Shown: positions 50,199 through 63,600 of the stretch, piece by piece
How the letters are laid out: each line of letters begins with the position of its first letter
Numbering within the stretch: position 1 is the stretch's first letter
Origin: Octopus sinensis
Taxonomy: Eukaryota
DNA: 64,000 bases
Reading direction: 5' to 3'
Assembly: GCF_006345805.1 (NCBI RefSeq)
Contig: NC_043011.1
Coordinates: 25,990,464-26,054,463 of the forward strand
Notes under the pieces: generated by a model
Told to the model about the DNA's origin: nothing
Databases searched by the model: none
Seen by the model: the letters and a program-made list of their open reading frames with translations, nothing else
Translations under genes and position numbers: made by a program

Positions 50199-50580
50199 AT
50201 ATTAGGGAATAAATCCAAACTTACAGGGAAAAAATCAGATTTAGGATTGAATCCAATTTTATAGTAAAATATTATATTATATTAAATTAGAGACAAAACC
50301 ACTATTAGGCAAATCATACAATAAAAAACTTAAGCCAATACATAAGATTATTTAATTTATATTATTTAAATATATAACAAAATTATTAAAAAAATATAAT
50401 TAATATATCACTACGATCGTTTCATGGCTGTTAATTTTCGTAGTGATATATTAATTATATATTTTTAATAATTTTGTTATATATTTAAATAATATAAATT
50501 AAATAATCTTATGTATTGGCTTAAGTTTTCATTGTATGATTTGCTTAATAGTGGTTTTGTCTCTAATTTAATATAATATA
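50199..50580 (-). mobile_element. fold-back element of the same family as 20338-20745 with half hammerhead
   Basis: 50199-50275 matches reverse complement of 20668-20745; arms about 50273-50416 / 50438-50580; minus GAAACGATCGTA-GTGA at 50423-50408. Confidence 0.8.
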
Positions 50581-50625
50581 TATATATATATATTATTCAT
50601 TATTTATATTATTATATGTATATAT

Positions 50626-50701
<76 letters not shown>

Positions 50702-50801
50702 TGGTAAAACGGTAAGATAACAAAAGAAAGAAAGAGACCTCAATATTATGTAAATAGAGGAAATTTATCTATACAATAATATGTTACATTACTCGATAGT
50801 C

Positions 50802-50866
50802 AAGATAAAACTCTGAGTTTCAGATGCCGAAGTGGAAATCCACAACACCATCTCTTCGGTTATCTT
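50802..50866 (-). ncRNA. variant hammerhead ribozyme motif (paralog of 28610-28670)
   Basis: AAGATAA-CCGAAGA-GATG..GTGGA tt TCCAC..CATC-T-GAAA-CTC A GAG-TT-TTATCTT; 7-bp stem I; U4 replaced by C. Confidence 0.6.
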
Positions 50867-51143
50867 CGAAGAGATGGTGTTTGTTATGTAATCATCACAA
50901 CAAACATGAACAGTCAACGTTGCCCATTGTCTCCCTTGATACAAGGACATTCAGTACGTTTCCCGCCACAACAAATACCTTGTACAACAACGGCAGTCTA
51001 ATAAAGTATCTCGTATCGTTAACACGTTTTTTCAGTCTCTCTCACTTTCTTAATCTTTCATACTAAGTACTCACTACTTCCTTTAATACTCAATACATTA
51101 TATATATATAACAACAACAGTGTTGGGATGTAACATATTATTG

Positions 51144-51188
<45 letters not shown>

Positions 51189-51643
51189 ATTATATATATA
51201 TATATATATTTATTATATTATATATATAAACTGCCTCCTTGCTTGTTGCTTTTAGATTTTAAACACACCTATAGAAGGCTCTTATTAACTAATTGCATAG
51301 ATATACCCATTTTTTTTTCTCACTATATTATATGTGCGTGAGGACATGTGGTCTAGTGATTCGAACGTTGCTCTCACGATCGCAAGATTGTGGTTTCAAT
51401 TTCTGGACTGGTCAGTGCGTTGTGTTCTTGAGCAAAATACTTCCTCCCACGTTGCTCTGAGATCACTTCGACGCCTGACGTATGGTACACCGTGCACTTG
51501 TTCAGGCAACGTCGATTTGATGTAGGAAGTGAGCTAATATGTACAGTACAAACAATTGATCGCTATAAACAAATCATTTGTGCAGGTTATTCACATGTGA
51601 CATTTTACCGTATTTACATTTTCATCATCTCGCTTAAATTTAT

Positions 51644-51729
<86 letters not shown>

Positions 51730-52418
51730 GTCTGTCTGTCTGTCTGTCTGTAAAAAAAAAAGAAATATAACATGTGACTTCATTGACCGAGGTTACCGTG
51801 GTCTTTTCCGTAGCCTTTTCTTTCCACGGGTAAACCTCACCTTTCCTCCCCCTTACACTTCATATTGACATTTCTGTGATAACGATCCCTATTGATCAAT
51901 TTCCCCCCCCCCACCTTTTTTGTCCTCTTTCTTTCCTTTTACGATCCCTTTTGATCGAAAACCAAACCCCCTTTTTTTTACCCCCAAAAGAAAATCTCTA
52001 CCTTGTAATTTGTCCTGTCTGTGTGCAGCCCTGTGTGGCTAATAAAGAAACATATCTATCTATCTATCTAATTTCAGTGACCCTCGTTAATGTTTACCTT
52101 GTTTAACCATAGATCGGATAAACAAGGCGAAAAATGAATGGAAGGAGGATTATTAATGTCACCTCCCCATGCCATTTTTTAATATCAGTGTTGTAGGGGC
52201 ATATATTCTTTGTATAGTAGGTGAGCGCTGCACATCGGTCAAAGATGGTAAATTCACCATAAACACTGAGCTTATTCAATAATATAATCTTCGATAAAAG
52301 TGGTTTACTAATTTTTCTGCCTACTCTTATGAAATATTGCGGCAGTTATTCTGAAGTAGTATTGTGCGTTCCAAAGCTTGATCATGTGTACTGGGCAGAT
52401 GGCGAGATAATGGAAGAG

Positions 52419-52828
52419 GGATCTTTTCGGTTTGAACGGCAGTTTTTTCTAGCAGTGTCATATGAAATTGTCACCCATAATTATGACCCTAGTATCGATC
52501 TATTGCATTTCAATGTGTTTTAGGGTTAGGGGGCGAAGGGTATCTTTTTTTTTTCTTCAGAAATGTAAATAAACCCAATTTGTTTCTTAAATAACGGACA
52601 TATTCATACGGCACATAATGTTTTCACCTCAATAGACGTCATTGATTGGTTGAAATTGCAGAAATTGAAGAAAAAAAACAACAAATATCTTACAAACTAT
52701 AGAATTTTCTCAATAAAGCCAAGAGAAAAAGATGTTTTATAAACACATTCTACCAGTATACGAAGTTTAAAAGTGTTTAGTTACGTGGAAATTATTTTAA
52801 AAAACTGCCGTTCAAACCGAAAAGATCC
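52419..52828. mobile_element. MITE with perfect 29-bp TIRs and 8-bp TSD (superfamily uncertain, Merlin-like)
   Basis: GGATCTTTTCGGTTTGAACGGCAGTTTTT 52419-52447 and inverse 52800-52828; TGGAAGAG at 52411-52418 and 52829-52836. Confidence 0.9.
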
Positions 52829-53269
52829 TGGAAGAGTGACAGAAATAAAAACCAAAGACAAACGACAATTCACCAATACACATCTTGTTTATTAGTCGCT
52901 TTCACGCACTCTCTAAGAAACACATTCTCCCTTCCGGCTTACCGTACTCACAGATAACTAACTAGTCTCTATTTCACTTTCAGTTCGCATTCATTTATCT
53001 CCTCCTCTCGTTGCTTCTTTCTATCTATATATCTACCTTTTCCTTATATGACTTATTCTTTCTTATTCGTTTTCGCACTTTTCTCTTATAAACACTACAC
53101 TTTCGTAGTAAATAGTTGTATGCATAAATTCGTTTAAATATTTTAATTGGAATTGATTTTTTATGATATTTCTGCTTCGATATCCTGGTATATTCTAGCC
53201 GTAGTTATTGAAAAGTGGGTGAGAATGACAAAAAAAAATGGCAAGAGTGGATGGCACCTTAAGTGTAGA

Positions 53270-54275
53270 CCTGTGAGTCACAGAAAAGGAAAGAAATGCT
53301 GAATTAGGTCGGATGATCGTGAAAATCAAATATTGATCGCTTCGCTAAAAACTTTGCTAAAAATTGCGGGTGGTGTGGGTTATTTCCCTTGGATTGTTTA
53401 AATAAAATATTAGTAATACGTAGTAGATGGAAAGATCCTTTGGAAGGGCCCTATTATCGATTTTTTCAACTGTCTAAGTATGTCACGAGGTTTCCAGACA
53501 TGAGTTCTACTCACGTGCTAAATAAAGTATAACAGTGATATTATCTGCAAACATTAGAAACTGGACACACAAAAAATCAATATTCAAAATAATCGAACAT
53601 AAACAATGAAACCTGTAAAATATTTTAAAATTCGATGGCTCAATTAGTTTCATGAAAATGTTGTATAAACTGTTAATAAGCAATAAATGTTATGACTTGT
53701 AAAATAAGTATAAGTGATACAGGGTGTCCCAACTGAATGTGGTGTGGAAGTTTGATTTCAGTTTTTAAGAATTTTAAGCATTCAAAGTATGAGTTCATTG
53801 TATTGGGACACACTTATTAAATACATTCTGGAATCAAACATTTATGTTGTGTCATTGAAAAATTTTAACTGTAAAAATCCAGAATTATCGGAGTTATGGG
53901 CATTGAAAGTGTACATGCATCAAGGAAGTGCATTAATAAGGTTTAGCAGTTGAAAACTGTGAGTAGTGAAATGCAGAATTAGGTCCGCTGATCATGAGAA
54001 TCAAATATTGATCGCTTCGTTAAAAACAAACAACTGTAAGTGCAGATGCTATCGGTTATTTCCCTTGGGTGTTTAAAAAAATTAGTTATATGAAGATCCC
54101 TTCCAGGGGCTGTATTATCGATTTTTTTTCAACAATCTAAGTATGTCACAAGGTTTCAAGACATGAGTTCTACTCACGTGTTAAGTTTCATCAAAATCAA
54201 TAAAACGATGTAGGAGGAGTTAGCTAACACAACGCCACAAACAAACACACACCACTTTTCCACATATGTAGTAGA
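53270..54275 (-). mobile_element. Helitron-like 5' portion with internal duplication
   Basis: A/TC terminus at 54276-54274 with AAGTTTCATCAAAATC...ACACAC subterminal layout; about 53272-53517 duplicated at 53958-54180; 3' end not found. Confidence 0.5.
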
Positions 54276-54309
54276 TGCATGTATGTATGTGTGTATATGT
54301 GTATATATA

Positions 54310-54398
<89 letters not shown>

Positions 54399-54481
54399 AT
54401 ATATAATATATATATATATATATACACACGCACACAAATATATAAAAACACTACGCTCATTATTGTATTAGGAGATTATTA

Positions 54482-54670
54482 AGGCTATGAGCTGGCAGAA
54501 TTGTTAACATGCCGGGAAAAATGCTTAGCAGCATTTCGTTCACGTTCTGAGTTCAAATTCCGCCGAGGTCGACTTTGCCTTTCATGCTTTCGGAGTCGAT
54601 AAATTAAGTACAGTGAAACGCTGGGGGGTCGATGTAATCGACTAGTCCATTCCTCTCAAATTTCAGGCCA
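54482..54670 (+). mobile_element. SINE family B
   Basis: GGCTATGAGCTGGCAG head, GAGTTCAAATTCCGCC. Confidence 0.8.
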
Positions 54671-54789
54671 AGATGCGCGCTGAGTGGCGAAACCGTTCAT
54701 TACGTGCTGCTTCGTGTGGGACAGATGCGTCAAAGGATTATTATTAGGCGGTCCTTGAGTAATTTTCTAACTTCTACCGATTATATATA

Positions 54790-54925
54790 ATCGTTAGAAC
54801 TGAGCCCGCAGAAAAGAAATGACAGCCAACAGACCGGATTCAACGTATAGGTGTGACCTCTGCAAACGAGACTGGCCACTCTCACATCGGTCTCTACTGC
54901 CACAGGAGGCGTTGCAAAAACTGGA
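54790..54925 (+). mobile_element. RTE LINE C-terminal zinc-finger fragment
   Basis: YRCDLCKRD then, frameshifted, HSHIGLYCHRRRC, like the RTE C..C.RDCHSRIGL.SH..RC motif. Confidence 0.55.
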
Positions 54926-54986
54926 TAGACAGTATACTACGAATAGGACGATGTGTAGAAACAATTGCAGTGATATGGAATAAAGG

Positions 54987-55108
54987 CAGTGCTCCGCAAC
55001 CAGTATGCCGCGGCACACTTTTGTGCCACAAGACGATGCTAGGTATACCGCCGAATTTTGAAAAGAATATAACTGTACCGCAAATGAAAAAAAGGTTGCG
55101 GAGCACTG
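54987..55108. mobile_element. short hAT-type MITE
   Basis: Perfect 15-bp TIR CAGTGCTCCGCAACC / GGTTGCGGAGCACTG; GAATAAAG at 54978-54985 and 55109-55116 (one-base offset on the left). Confidence 0.8.
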
Positions 55109-55669
55109 GAATAAAGAATGTTGCTCAATCCATTTTCTCTTTTTCGTCTCTGTGCTAACGTTTCTGCCAGCTCGCCGCCTTCTGAAGCAGAAATATCGTT
55201 AAGAAATATATTCTACTCAATACCACTGATTGGCTTGTCAGTTGCTTGACCTTAACTATTTGAACATGTGTCTTAGTGGCTGACAAAATGTGCACCTCTG
55301 ATCATGAGCAGGAGTAGAGGGGAGCATCATAGCCACGTGCTGAGAGGGATTCTTCGGGATTTGAATAATTCAGTTCTAGAAACATGGGAGTTTCATTCTT
55401 TCTGTGTATGTCTACCAAATCCAATCAGAAGATTTTGGTCGGCCTGAGGTTATAGCAAAAGACACTAGTCCCACGCAATGGGACTGAACTTGAACCATGT
55501 GGCTGGGAAGCAAACTTCTTACAACACTGCCTGGTCCAGGAATCGAACCCCATTGTCCTTCCGTCCTTTGTGTTTCTATTTACGCTTGTTTACTTACATT
55601 TCTCTTTCTTATTTTCGATTCGTCTTCATTTTCTCTCTTGCTTCCCAATTACATGGTTTAGGTTCAAGC

Positions 55670-56092
<423 letters not shown>

Positions 56093-58139
56093 AATCTTTT
56101 TTTTTTTTTGTTTCTTTACACTACATCTGCTAAGCATTCTACTCTATTCATTCTCTTCTTCTTTATCTATTTTTTCACGCATACACAGAATCACAGACAA
56201 AACATACACAGCTACAGTTAGTTGTTACATGTTTCATGTTTGTCTATTTACTCTCCATCTCCCCCTCCCCTCCGCTTATGTCTATCACGGCTCTTTCTAC
56301 TCCTCATGTGTCGCTTGCTTCTCTCCTCACGTGTCCGTCATTCTCCCTGCATCACATCACTCTCTTTCCTCCTCCTCCTCCTTCTCTATTCCATGTCTGC
56401 CTCTCCGCCTCGGTCTCATAATACACTGCCATCCCCCTCTCTCTCTATTCATCATGTGTCTGTTAATTCCTCTTCTCACTCCCCGCGTTATGTGTCACTT
56501 CTCTTCCTACTCCCCATATGTCTGTCATTCCTCCATATGTCTATCACTCCTTTTCCTATCCTTCTCCCTTCCTACACGTGTGTGTCTCTCACTCTCTCTC
56601 GTATACCTTATCTCTTTCTACTCCCCTTGCACTGATTTCTATTATTTATTTATTTATCTACGGACGCAAACCGTTTTACGCTTCGCTTACCGAAGTATTA
56701 GGAGAATTATCCGAATTTCTGTTTTTTTTTTTTTTATCTCGCAATACATATAACAATAGGAACAGAAATAGTTTAAGGTGTCTCATATATCATACAGTTA
56801 AAGTGAGAATATTTTTTTATTATAGCTCAACATCAGGTCTAATCCAGCAGCCTTATCATCAAAAGTGTTCTATTAGCCACCACTCTCCTTTTAATCAGAC
56901 ATCTTGAACTATATATACAATGTGTCCGTCGTTGGTTCTTTTAGCCCCAGGCCAGCCCAACTCGAGCAGACTTATTAGCAAGGGGTGATATTTTACTTTA
57001 GCACTTCAATTTCACTTTTATCACAGCTGCAGAGACAAAAGTGAAAGTGGAGCGCCAAACTCAAAGATCGCCTTTGTAAAACTGTCCCATCTATAGTTCC
57101 GGGTTTTTTTTTTTGTCTCGACATAATGTATCTAGGACAACATTATCCAATGTGTCCTATTTCTTTTTCTTTAAAGATGATAAGGTTTCGTTTGAGGGAA
57201 ATTTGCTGTTTTCAGCAGGTCAAGCGACTGCATAAAGGCATCCTCTTTGACTCGTTGACATTAATGGTGTTAAGGATGGTGACGATGTTGCTCTTTAGAA
57301 CCAATTCAGTCCAAATCGAACACATATAATCAAAGATGTTCTTATCGTGACTATCCCTACGTGTCTCTCCTGAACATAATGTAATTCATACGGCATTTTC
57401 TAATGTGTCTTTTTATAAAATGGTAAAGCAAGATTTGAAAGCTGTTTGACTCCTATTTCTAGCAGATCCTCACTACAATGTAAGAGCTCCTTGGCTGGTT
57501 GCAAAATTAATGTAGAGAGAGTGTTTAACTAATTAGAAAAGGCAATGAGTGAACCTCCCACTTAGTTCATAAGAAAATTTTGTTGTATCTCTTCTTTTCT
57601 TTCCCATTTATTTACGTCCAGACGCCCTTCCGGTCGCCAACGCTCATCTGTTAACGAGTATGGTAATATTTTCCCATGGCCAAATATGTTTTCACATAGA
57701 GGACTAAAAAAAAAGGGACACTGCTTATTGAGGCAAAAGGATTAAACAAATTGTGACACAAAAAACTAATTAAAACCCCTGAGCTGCTTGATGACCCACA
57801 AATACATCAAATTTAGAATAATTCTAGAAAAGTTTCAGTCCAGGATCCACAGAAAGCATTCCAGTGGCCCACCTGTTGCCCAATACCTGCTCTAGCAATA
57901 TTTTCCTCAATGATAATGTGACATAGATGGCCCTATTCTACCTACTGTAGAATCTTTCAGACAGGCTTCTGCACAAGCTGATTCAACCCAAGACTTTTAC
58001 TGAAAACATCTCCCCGAAGTACATGATATATTGTGAAACTAGATGACCCAAGACCTTATGATTATGAAACAGTTTCCTTCACCTTTGGTTATTATTTATG
58101 CGCCTTTTTCAAGCCTAGCCAGGCTCATGGGCCCGGTTT

Positions 58140-58375
58140 CTGTGGTGTATGGACGTCAGTCCATCACAGCATTACTCAAGAAACAGGAGGAGAGAGTGAG
58201 AGAAAGTTGGGACAAAAGAGTACAACAGGGGTTGCCACCACCCCCTGCCAGAGCCTTGTGGAGCTTTTTGGTGTTTTCACTTAAGAAACACACACAACGC
58301 CCGGTCTGGGAATCGAAACTGTGATCCTCTGACCGCGAGTCCACTGCCTTAACTACTGGGCCATTGCGCCTCCAC
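58140..58375 (-). mobile_element. SINE family D 5' part
   Basis: Reverse complement of the 42697-42880 head. Confidence 0.8.
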
Positions 58376-59458
58376 CTTTGGTTATGCCTATACCCAAAAA
58401 ATCTTCTTCTTATGGCCAAGTTCCAAACCAGGCCACAGCAAACAAAGTCCACTGACCACTACTCCCAGTCTAACATCACTGCCTTGTGGTCCTGGACACA
58501 TTTTAAGCCAGGGTCTGCAATCAAGTTGTCAATGTAAAAGTGACGAAGTTTCATACCCATACATATACACATGACAGTCTTCTTGCAGTTCCTGTCTGCC
58601 AAATCCACTAACACTATTTTGGTCTGACTAGAGTACAGTAGAAAACACTTGAACAAGGTGAGATTGAACCTGATACAGCGTGGTTGTTGGCAAGTTGTCT
58701 TCTTATCCACACAGCCATGCTTGCAACCAGCCAAATACATACATGAGCTGATAAAAGAACCTCTCTGTGCAGTTGCTTGAATTGCTAGAAATAACATCCA
58801 GATCTCCTTCAAACATGCTGTCATCTTAAATATAGGAAACACCTGGTCACAGACCGAATATTTTTGATCATAGAGCTGTTTGATTGAAGCTGTCTTGGGC
58901 TAAACATCAACAACATGAACAACAACAACACACACATACATCCAGAAAGGCAAACAAAGACATACACACAAAGACAAAGTTGTATTCTGTATATCTGCTC
59001 TACCACACCAACTAATATTGCCTTAACACTTCACACTTCGTCAACACTTCTGTACCACTGCACCAACACTGCTGAATTTTTACTCAAACACTCTACTAAC
59101 ACTGCTACCTATCCTCTCTAATATACCACTTCATCAACACTTTTGTACTACTACTTCAACATTGCAGCATATCTACTCTAACTTTCTACCAACACTGCTA
59201 TATATTTATTCCAACACACCACCAACATTGCCCTAACACTCCACCATCTGAAGCATCTTTAATTTAACACTTTAATACTTTTACAACACAGAGTACCACT
59301 AATCTAACACTCCATCAAAACACACACCAACAATTTGGTTCTAACATGCAGTACCTCAGTTGTAACATGTCACTAGCATTACTACCAATAACACACCATT
59401 ACTACCACCAACACACTCCACCAGCAACACACCAACAATCTCTGTCCTAACATATATC

Positions 59459-59689
59459 TATTTCTTTACTGCCCACAAAGGGCTAAACATAGAGGGGACA
59501 AACAAGGACAGACAAAGGGATTAAGTCGATTACATCGACCCCAGTGCGAAACTGGTACTTTATTTATCGATCCCGAAAGGATGAAAGGCAAAGTCGACCT
59601 CGGCGGAATTTGAACTCAGAACGTAACGGCAGACGAAATACGGCTACGTATTTCGCCCGGCGTGCTAACGTTTCTGCCACCTTGCCACC
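59459..59689 (-). mobile_element. SINE family B with 19-bp TSD
   Basis: CTCTGTCCTAACATATATC at 59440-59458 and 59690-59708. Confidence 0.9.
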
Positions 59690-60889
59690 CTCTGTCCTAA
59701 CATATATCACCAACACTGTGGCACTCTTGTTCTTACATATCCCTAACACTGCAGCCAGCAATACTCTACCAACACAACAGCACTTCTGTTCTAAAACTTC
59801 ACCCAAGACACACTATCATCCAGCCCTGCCACTGTACTCCTTGTTGTAACACATCAACATTATTGCAACACCATCATCAACACCGCAATATCTCCCTCTG
59901 CTTCCAACGGTCCACTATCATTGCTCAATCATAAATCTATTACACTACCCCGCTACTATGATACCACTTTACCGACCCTGTATAGTCATTACATTGATGA
60001 TAACAGTTACATTACTGTACTGTAGCCAGGATGCTGGCGAAAATCAAATCTGTAAAGAAATGCATGCTGGGATTGATTTTTTTCTCCCCCTCCAAATGCT
60101 GTTGTTGTTGTAGTCATTGTTGGTGTAGTTATTGTTGTTGTTGTTGCTTCTGCTGCTGTTTCTGTTGTTGTTGTTGTTGTTACTGCTGCTGCAGTTATTA
60201 TTTAATAGCTTTTCAATGATATGAGACTGACAGAAGGAGGAAGCAGATCTATAGACAAAAAGTAACAAGTCTATAACTTTGACTTTGACATACAGACTCA
60301 TCAATTTATGCACACACACACACACATGCACACACACACACACACACACACATACAAATGCACACACATACACGAACACACACACACAAAAACACACACA
60401 CAAATACCTTTGCAAATACATACATACATATATACGAACATATATATATACACACACACATACATATATAATTCCACACAAATAAAATATTTACACATAC
60501 ATTATGTCTGTGTGTGTGTGCGCATGTGTGTGTGTGTGCATGTGTGTGTGTGTGTGTGTGTAAGATTGTTAAAAAATTGGCTTGAGTGCCTTTTGGTATT
60601 TGTTCCAATTCTCTCTGCTCTAAGATCAAATCCCATGCAGGTCAACCTTTCTGTTCATTCGTTTGGAGCTAATAAAATAAATACCAATCCAGAGAAGTGG
60701 ATTGGTGGAATTTTTGTAGCATGGAATAGGATACCTAGTGGCATTCCTTCTGGTTCTTCGCATTCTAACTGCAACTTCTGAAAAAACACAGGTGCTAAGC
60801 TGTATTGCTCATGCCTTTCCAAGAACTGTATCTTAAAGAAGAAACCCACACTCAGCCTAAACAAAAGGAGGACCTTATATATATATATA

Positions 60890-61210
60890 TCATCATTTAG
60901 TGTCTGTTTTCCATGCTGGCATGGATAAGACAGTTTGACTAAAACTGGTAAGCCGGAGAGCTGCACCAAGTTCCAGTCTGATTTGGCATAGTTTCTACAG
61001 AGCTGAATGCCCTTCCTAACACCAACCACTCCAAGGGTGTAATAGGTGTCTTTTACATGTCACTGGTTTGGGTACCAGTTACGTGGCACCAGCATTGGCC
61101 ACGACTATGATTTCACTTGGCTTGACGAGTCTTCTCATGCGTAGCGTATCACGAAAGGTTTCAGTCACTTGTCATTGCCTTTGTAAGGATCAGTGCCTCC
61201 ATGAGGGTCA
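60890..61210 (-). mobile_element. retroposon family C
   Basis: (CAT)n tail and GCCCTTCCTAACACCAACC core. Confidence 0.75.
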
Positions 61211-61470
61211 TCACCTACATATATATATATATATATATATATTGATAAAAATTTTTTCTGGAAAAAAAATTTTATCCTACATTAGTTATAAATTTAATAG
61301 TGTTCACTTCTGGATTCTCTCACTCTGTGAAAGTTTCTAGTTTGAATCACACGTGTCTTGAGATGTGCCAAAGATTTTCTATTTTGGATATATTTGAGGT
61401 ACTTAGGTCTGCTCAGGACTTAGTGCTTGCTTTTTCCATGGGTATGAGTAAGTATTTCACTTATATCTGA

Positions 61471-61541
61471 CGTATTTATCGCTGAAGAGGGGAAAATTCT
61501 TATGAATTAACCCCGAAATTGGGACCAATAAGGTAATAACG
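61471..61541 (+). ncRNA. hammerhead ribozyme motif with eroded stem I
   Basis: CTGAAGA(61482-61488)-GGGG..CCCC-GAAA-TTGG ga CCAA-TA; canonical G-C closing pair, AUA site; stem I only 7 of 11 pairs with a proximal mismatch. Confidence 0.6.
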
Positions 61542-61670
61542 GATTTTTTAGAAATTTCTAGCGGTTTATTTTGAGGCGCATAAATTATAATGGTTATTGA
61601 CAATTTTGTCTTTTTTTCGGCATATCTGGCATTAGAATTTTTCTTTTGCTCTTATTTTGTAAATTATTTA

Positions 61671-61723
<53 letters not shown>

Positions 61724-61897
61724 TGTAAATATTATCTTTCTTAGCAAAATATATGTGCATCCATCATGAAAATTTCTTCTGTTAATGCAACCTGCATGTG
61801 TGAACATTTTACCTTTGTGTGCTGATTGTAAAATGTCTCCCCAGCTTAGCTAGAACACTGACTGTGTCTACTGTTATGTACATATATATCCAATATA

Positions 61898-61940
<43 letters not shown>

Positions 61941-61943
<3 letters not shown>

Positions 61944-62202
61944 GATGCGATGGGTAAACTGTTGCCATTTTAATATTTTTCATTTTGCGCATGTGCATTG
62001 TTTGTTTTTGATTTTGCTGACTACACATTACAGTAGGGTCAGTTGGGCACCATCTGCGAGAAGAAAACAGCACCATGACGCAATTCAGTTTGCCAGAAAT
62101 TTAGAAACAACATGCTGTACTGCTTAGCATTTGTGCCGGAAGCTCCAATACGAACATTTCAGAGTGTTTGGGTGTCAATCTGAGGACAGTGCAATCTGAG
62201 AA
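61941..62202 (+). mobile_element. Tc1/mariner-type transposon 5' fragment
   Basis: TA/CAGGATGCGATGGGTAAA terminus; HAVLLSICAGSSNTNISECLGVNLRTVQ resembles a transposase N-terminal HTH. Confidence 0.55.
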
Positions 62203-62244
62203 CATGTATATATATATATATATATATCCATTTAATTTGTTTTG

Positions 62245-62675
62245 GGCTTTATTAATTTATCATAACATATGTTTCTGCATCCCACATGTTCATCATAAGT
62301 GTGGGAGTTTTTCATATTCATATGATATTATTTAAGATTATTCATAATGTCTATGAATTTCAAGTTTTCCTCCATTACAATGTGTATGCTTCTTCGGGTG
62401 TTATATTTGTGCTTTGCACGAATATGAATAATCTTAAATAAAGCACTCAGCCCACTCTACAGATTGGTTGGTGTTAGGAAGGGCATCCAGCTGTAAAATC
62501 CATGCCGAAACAGACACAGAAGCTGGGCCAGTTCCTGTCAAACCATTCAACCTATGCCAGCATGGAAGGAGGATGTTAAACAATGATGATAATGATGATA
62601 TCTTATGAATATGAAAAATTCTTAACTTATGAACATGTGGGGTGCAAAAACATGTTGTGATACATTAATAAAGCC
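62245..62675. repeat. old fold-back element split by a family C insertion (about 62445-62600)
   Basis: 62245-62347 pairs with 62423-62439 plus 62597-62675. Confidence 0.7.
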
Positions 62676-62704
62676 TGTAAATTTCCATCCAGAAGTTATT
62701 ATCA

Positions 62705-62741
<37 letters not shown>

Positions 62742-62783
62742 ATATATATATAAATATATACATATATATATATATATAAATAT

Positions 62784-62836
<53 letters not shown>

Positions 62837-62890
62837 TATATAATATATATATAAATATAGACATATATATACATATACATATATATATAA

Positions 62891-62921
<31 letters not shown>

Positions 62922-63064
62922 AATATAGACATATATATACATATACATATATATATAGACATATATATACATATACATATATATATATATACATATACAT
63001 ATATATATATATAATATATACATATATAATATATATATATATGTATGTATGTATGTGTGTGTGT

Positions 63065-63331
63065 GGAGGCACAATGGCCCAGTGGTTAGGGCAGCGGACT
63101 CGCGGTCGTAGGATCGTGGTTTCGATTCCCAGACCGGGCGTTGTGAGTGTTTATTGAGCAAAAACACCTAAAAGTTCCACAAGGCTCCGGCAGGAGGTGG
63201 TGATCCCTGCTGTACTCTTTCTTCTGTTGGCCTGCTCGCTTAGCCAGCGGGGTGGCGTCATTCGAAGGCTAAAACAATGCGAACGCATTGTGACCAGCAA
63301 TATGTAACAACATCTGATGGTCTGGTCAGTC
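63065..63331 (+). mobile_element. SINE family D head with a different 3' body
   Basis: Head nearly identical to 42697 copy up to CCCTGCTGTACTCTTTC, then unrelated sequence. Confidence 0.75.
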
Positions 63332-63334
63332 AAA

Positions 63335-63369
<35 letters not shown>

Positions 63370-63371
<2 letters not shown>

Positions 63372-63555
63372 CACCTGTGTCGGTGGCACATAAAATCACC
63401 CACTACACTCTCGGAGTGGTTGGCGTTAGGAAGGGCATCCAGCTGTAGAAACACTGCCAGATCTGACTGGCCTGGTGCAGCCTTCGGGCTCCCCAGACCC
63501 CAGTTGAACCGTCCAACCCATGCTAGCATGGAAAGCTGACGTTAAATGATGATGA
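63370..63555 (+). mobile_element. retroposon family C
   Basis: Core plus GTTAAATGATGATGAT tail. Confidence 0.8.
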
Positions 63556-63564
63556 TATATAATA

Positions 63565-63600
<36 letters not shown>

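Noticed and set aside
52189-52220. 32-nt plus-strand micro-exon (ATCAG/ ... TAG/GTGAGC)
   Set aside because: Splice-like signals only; no phase or homology link to the signal-peptide exon could be established
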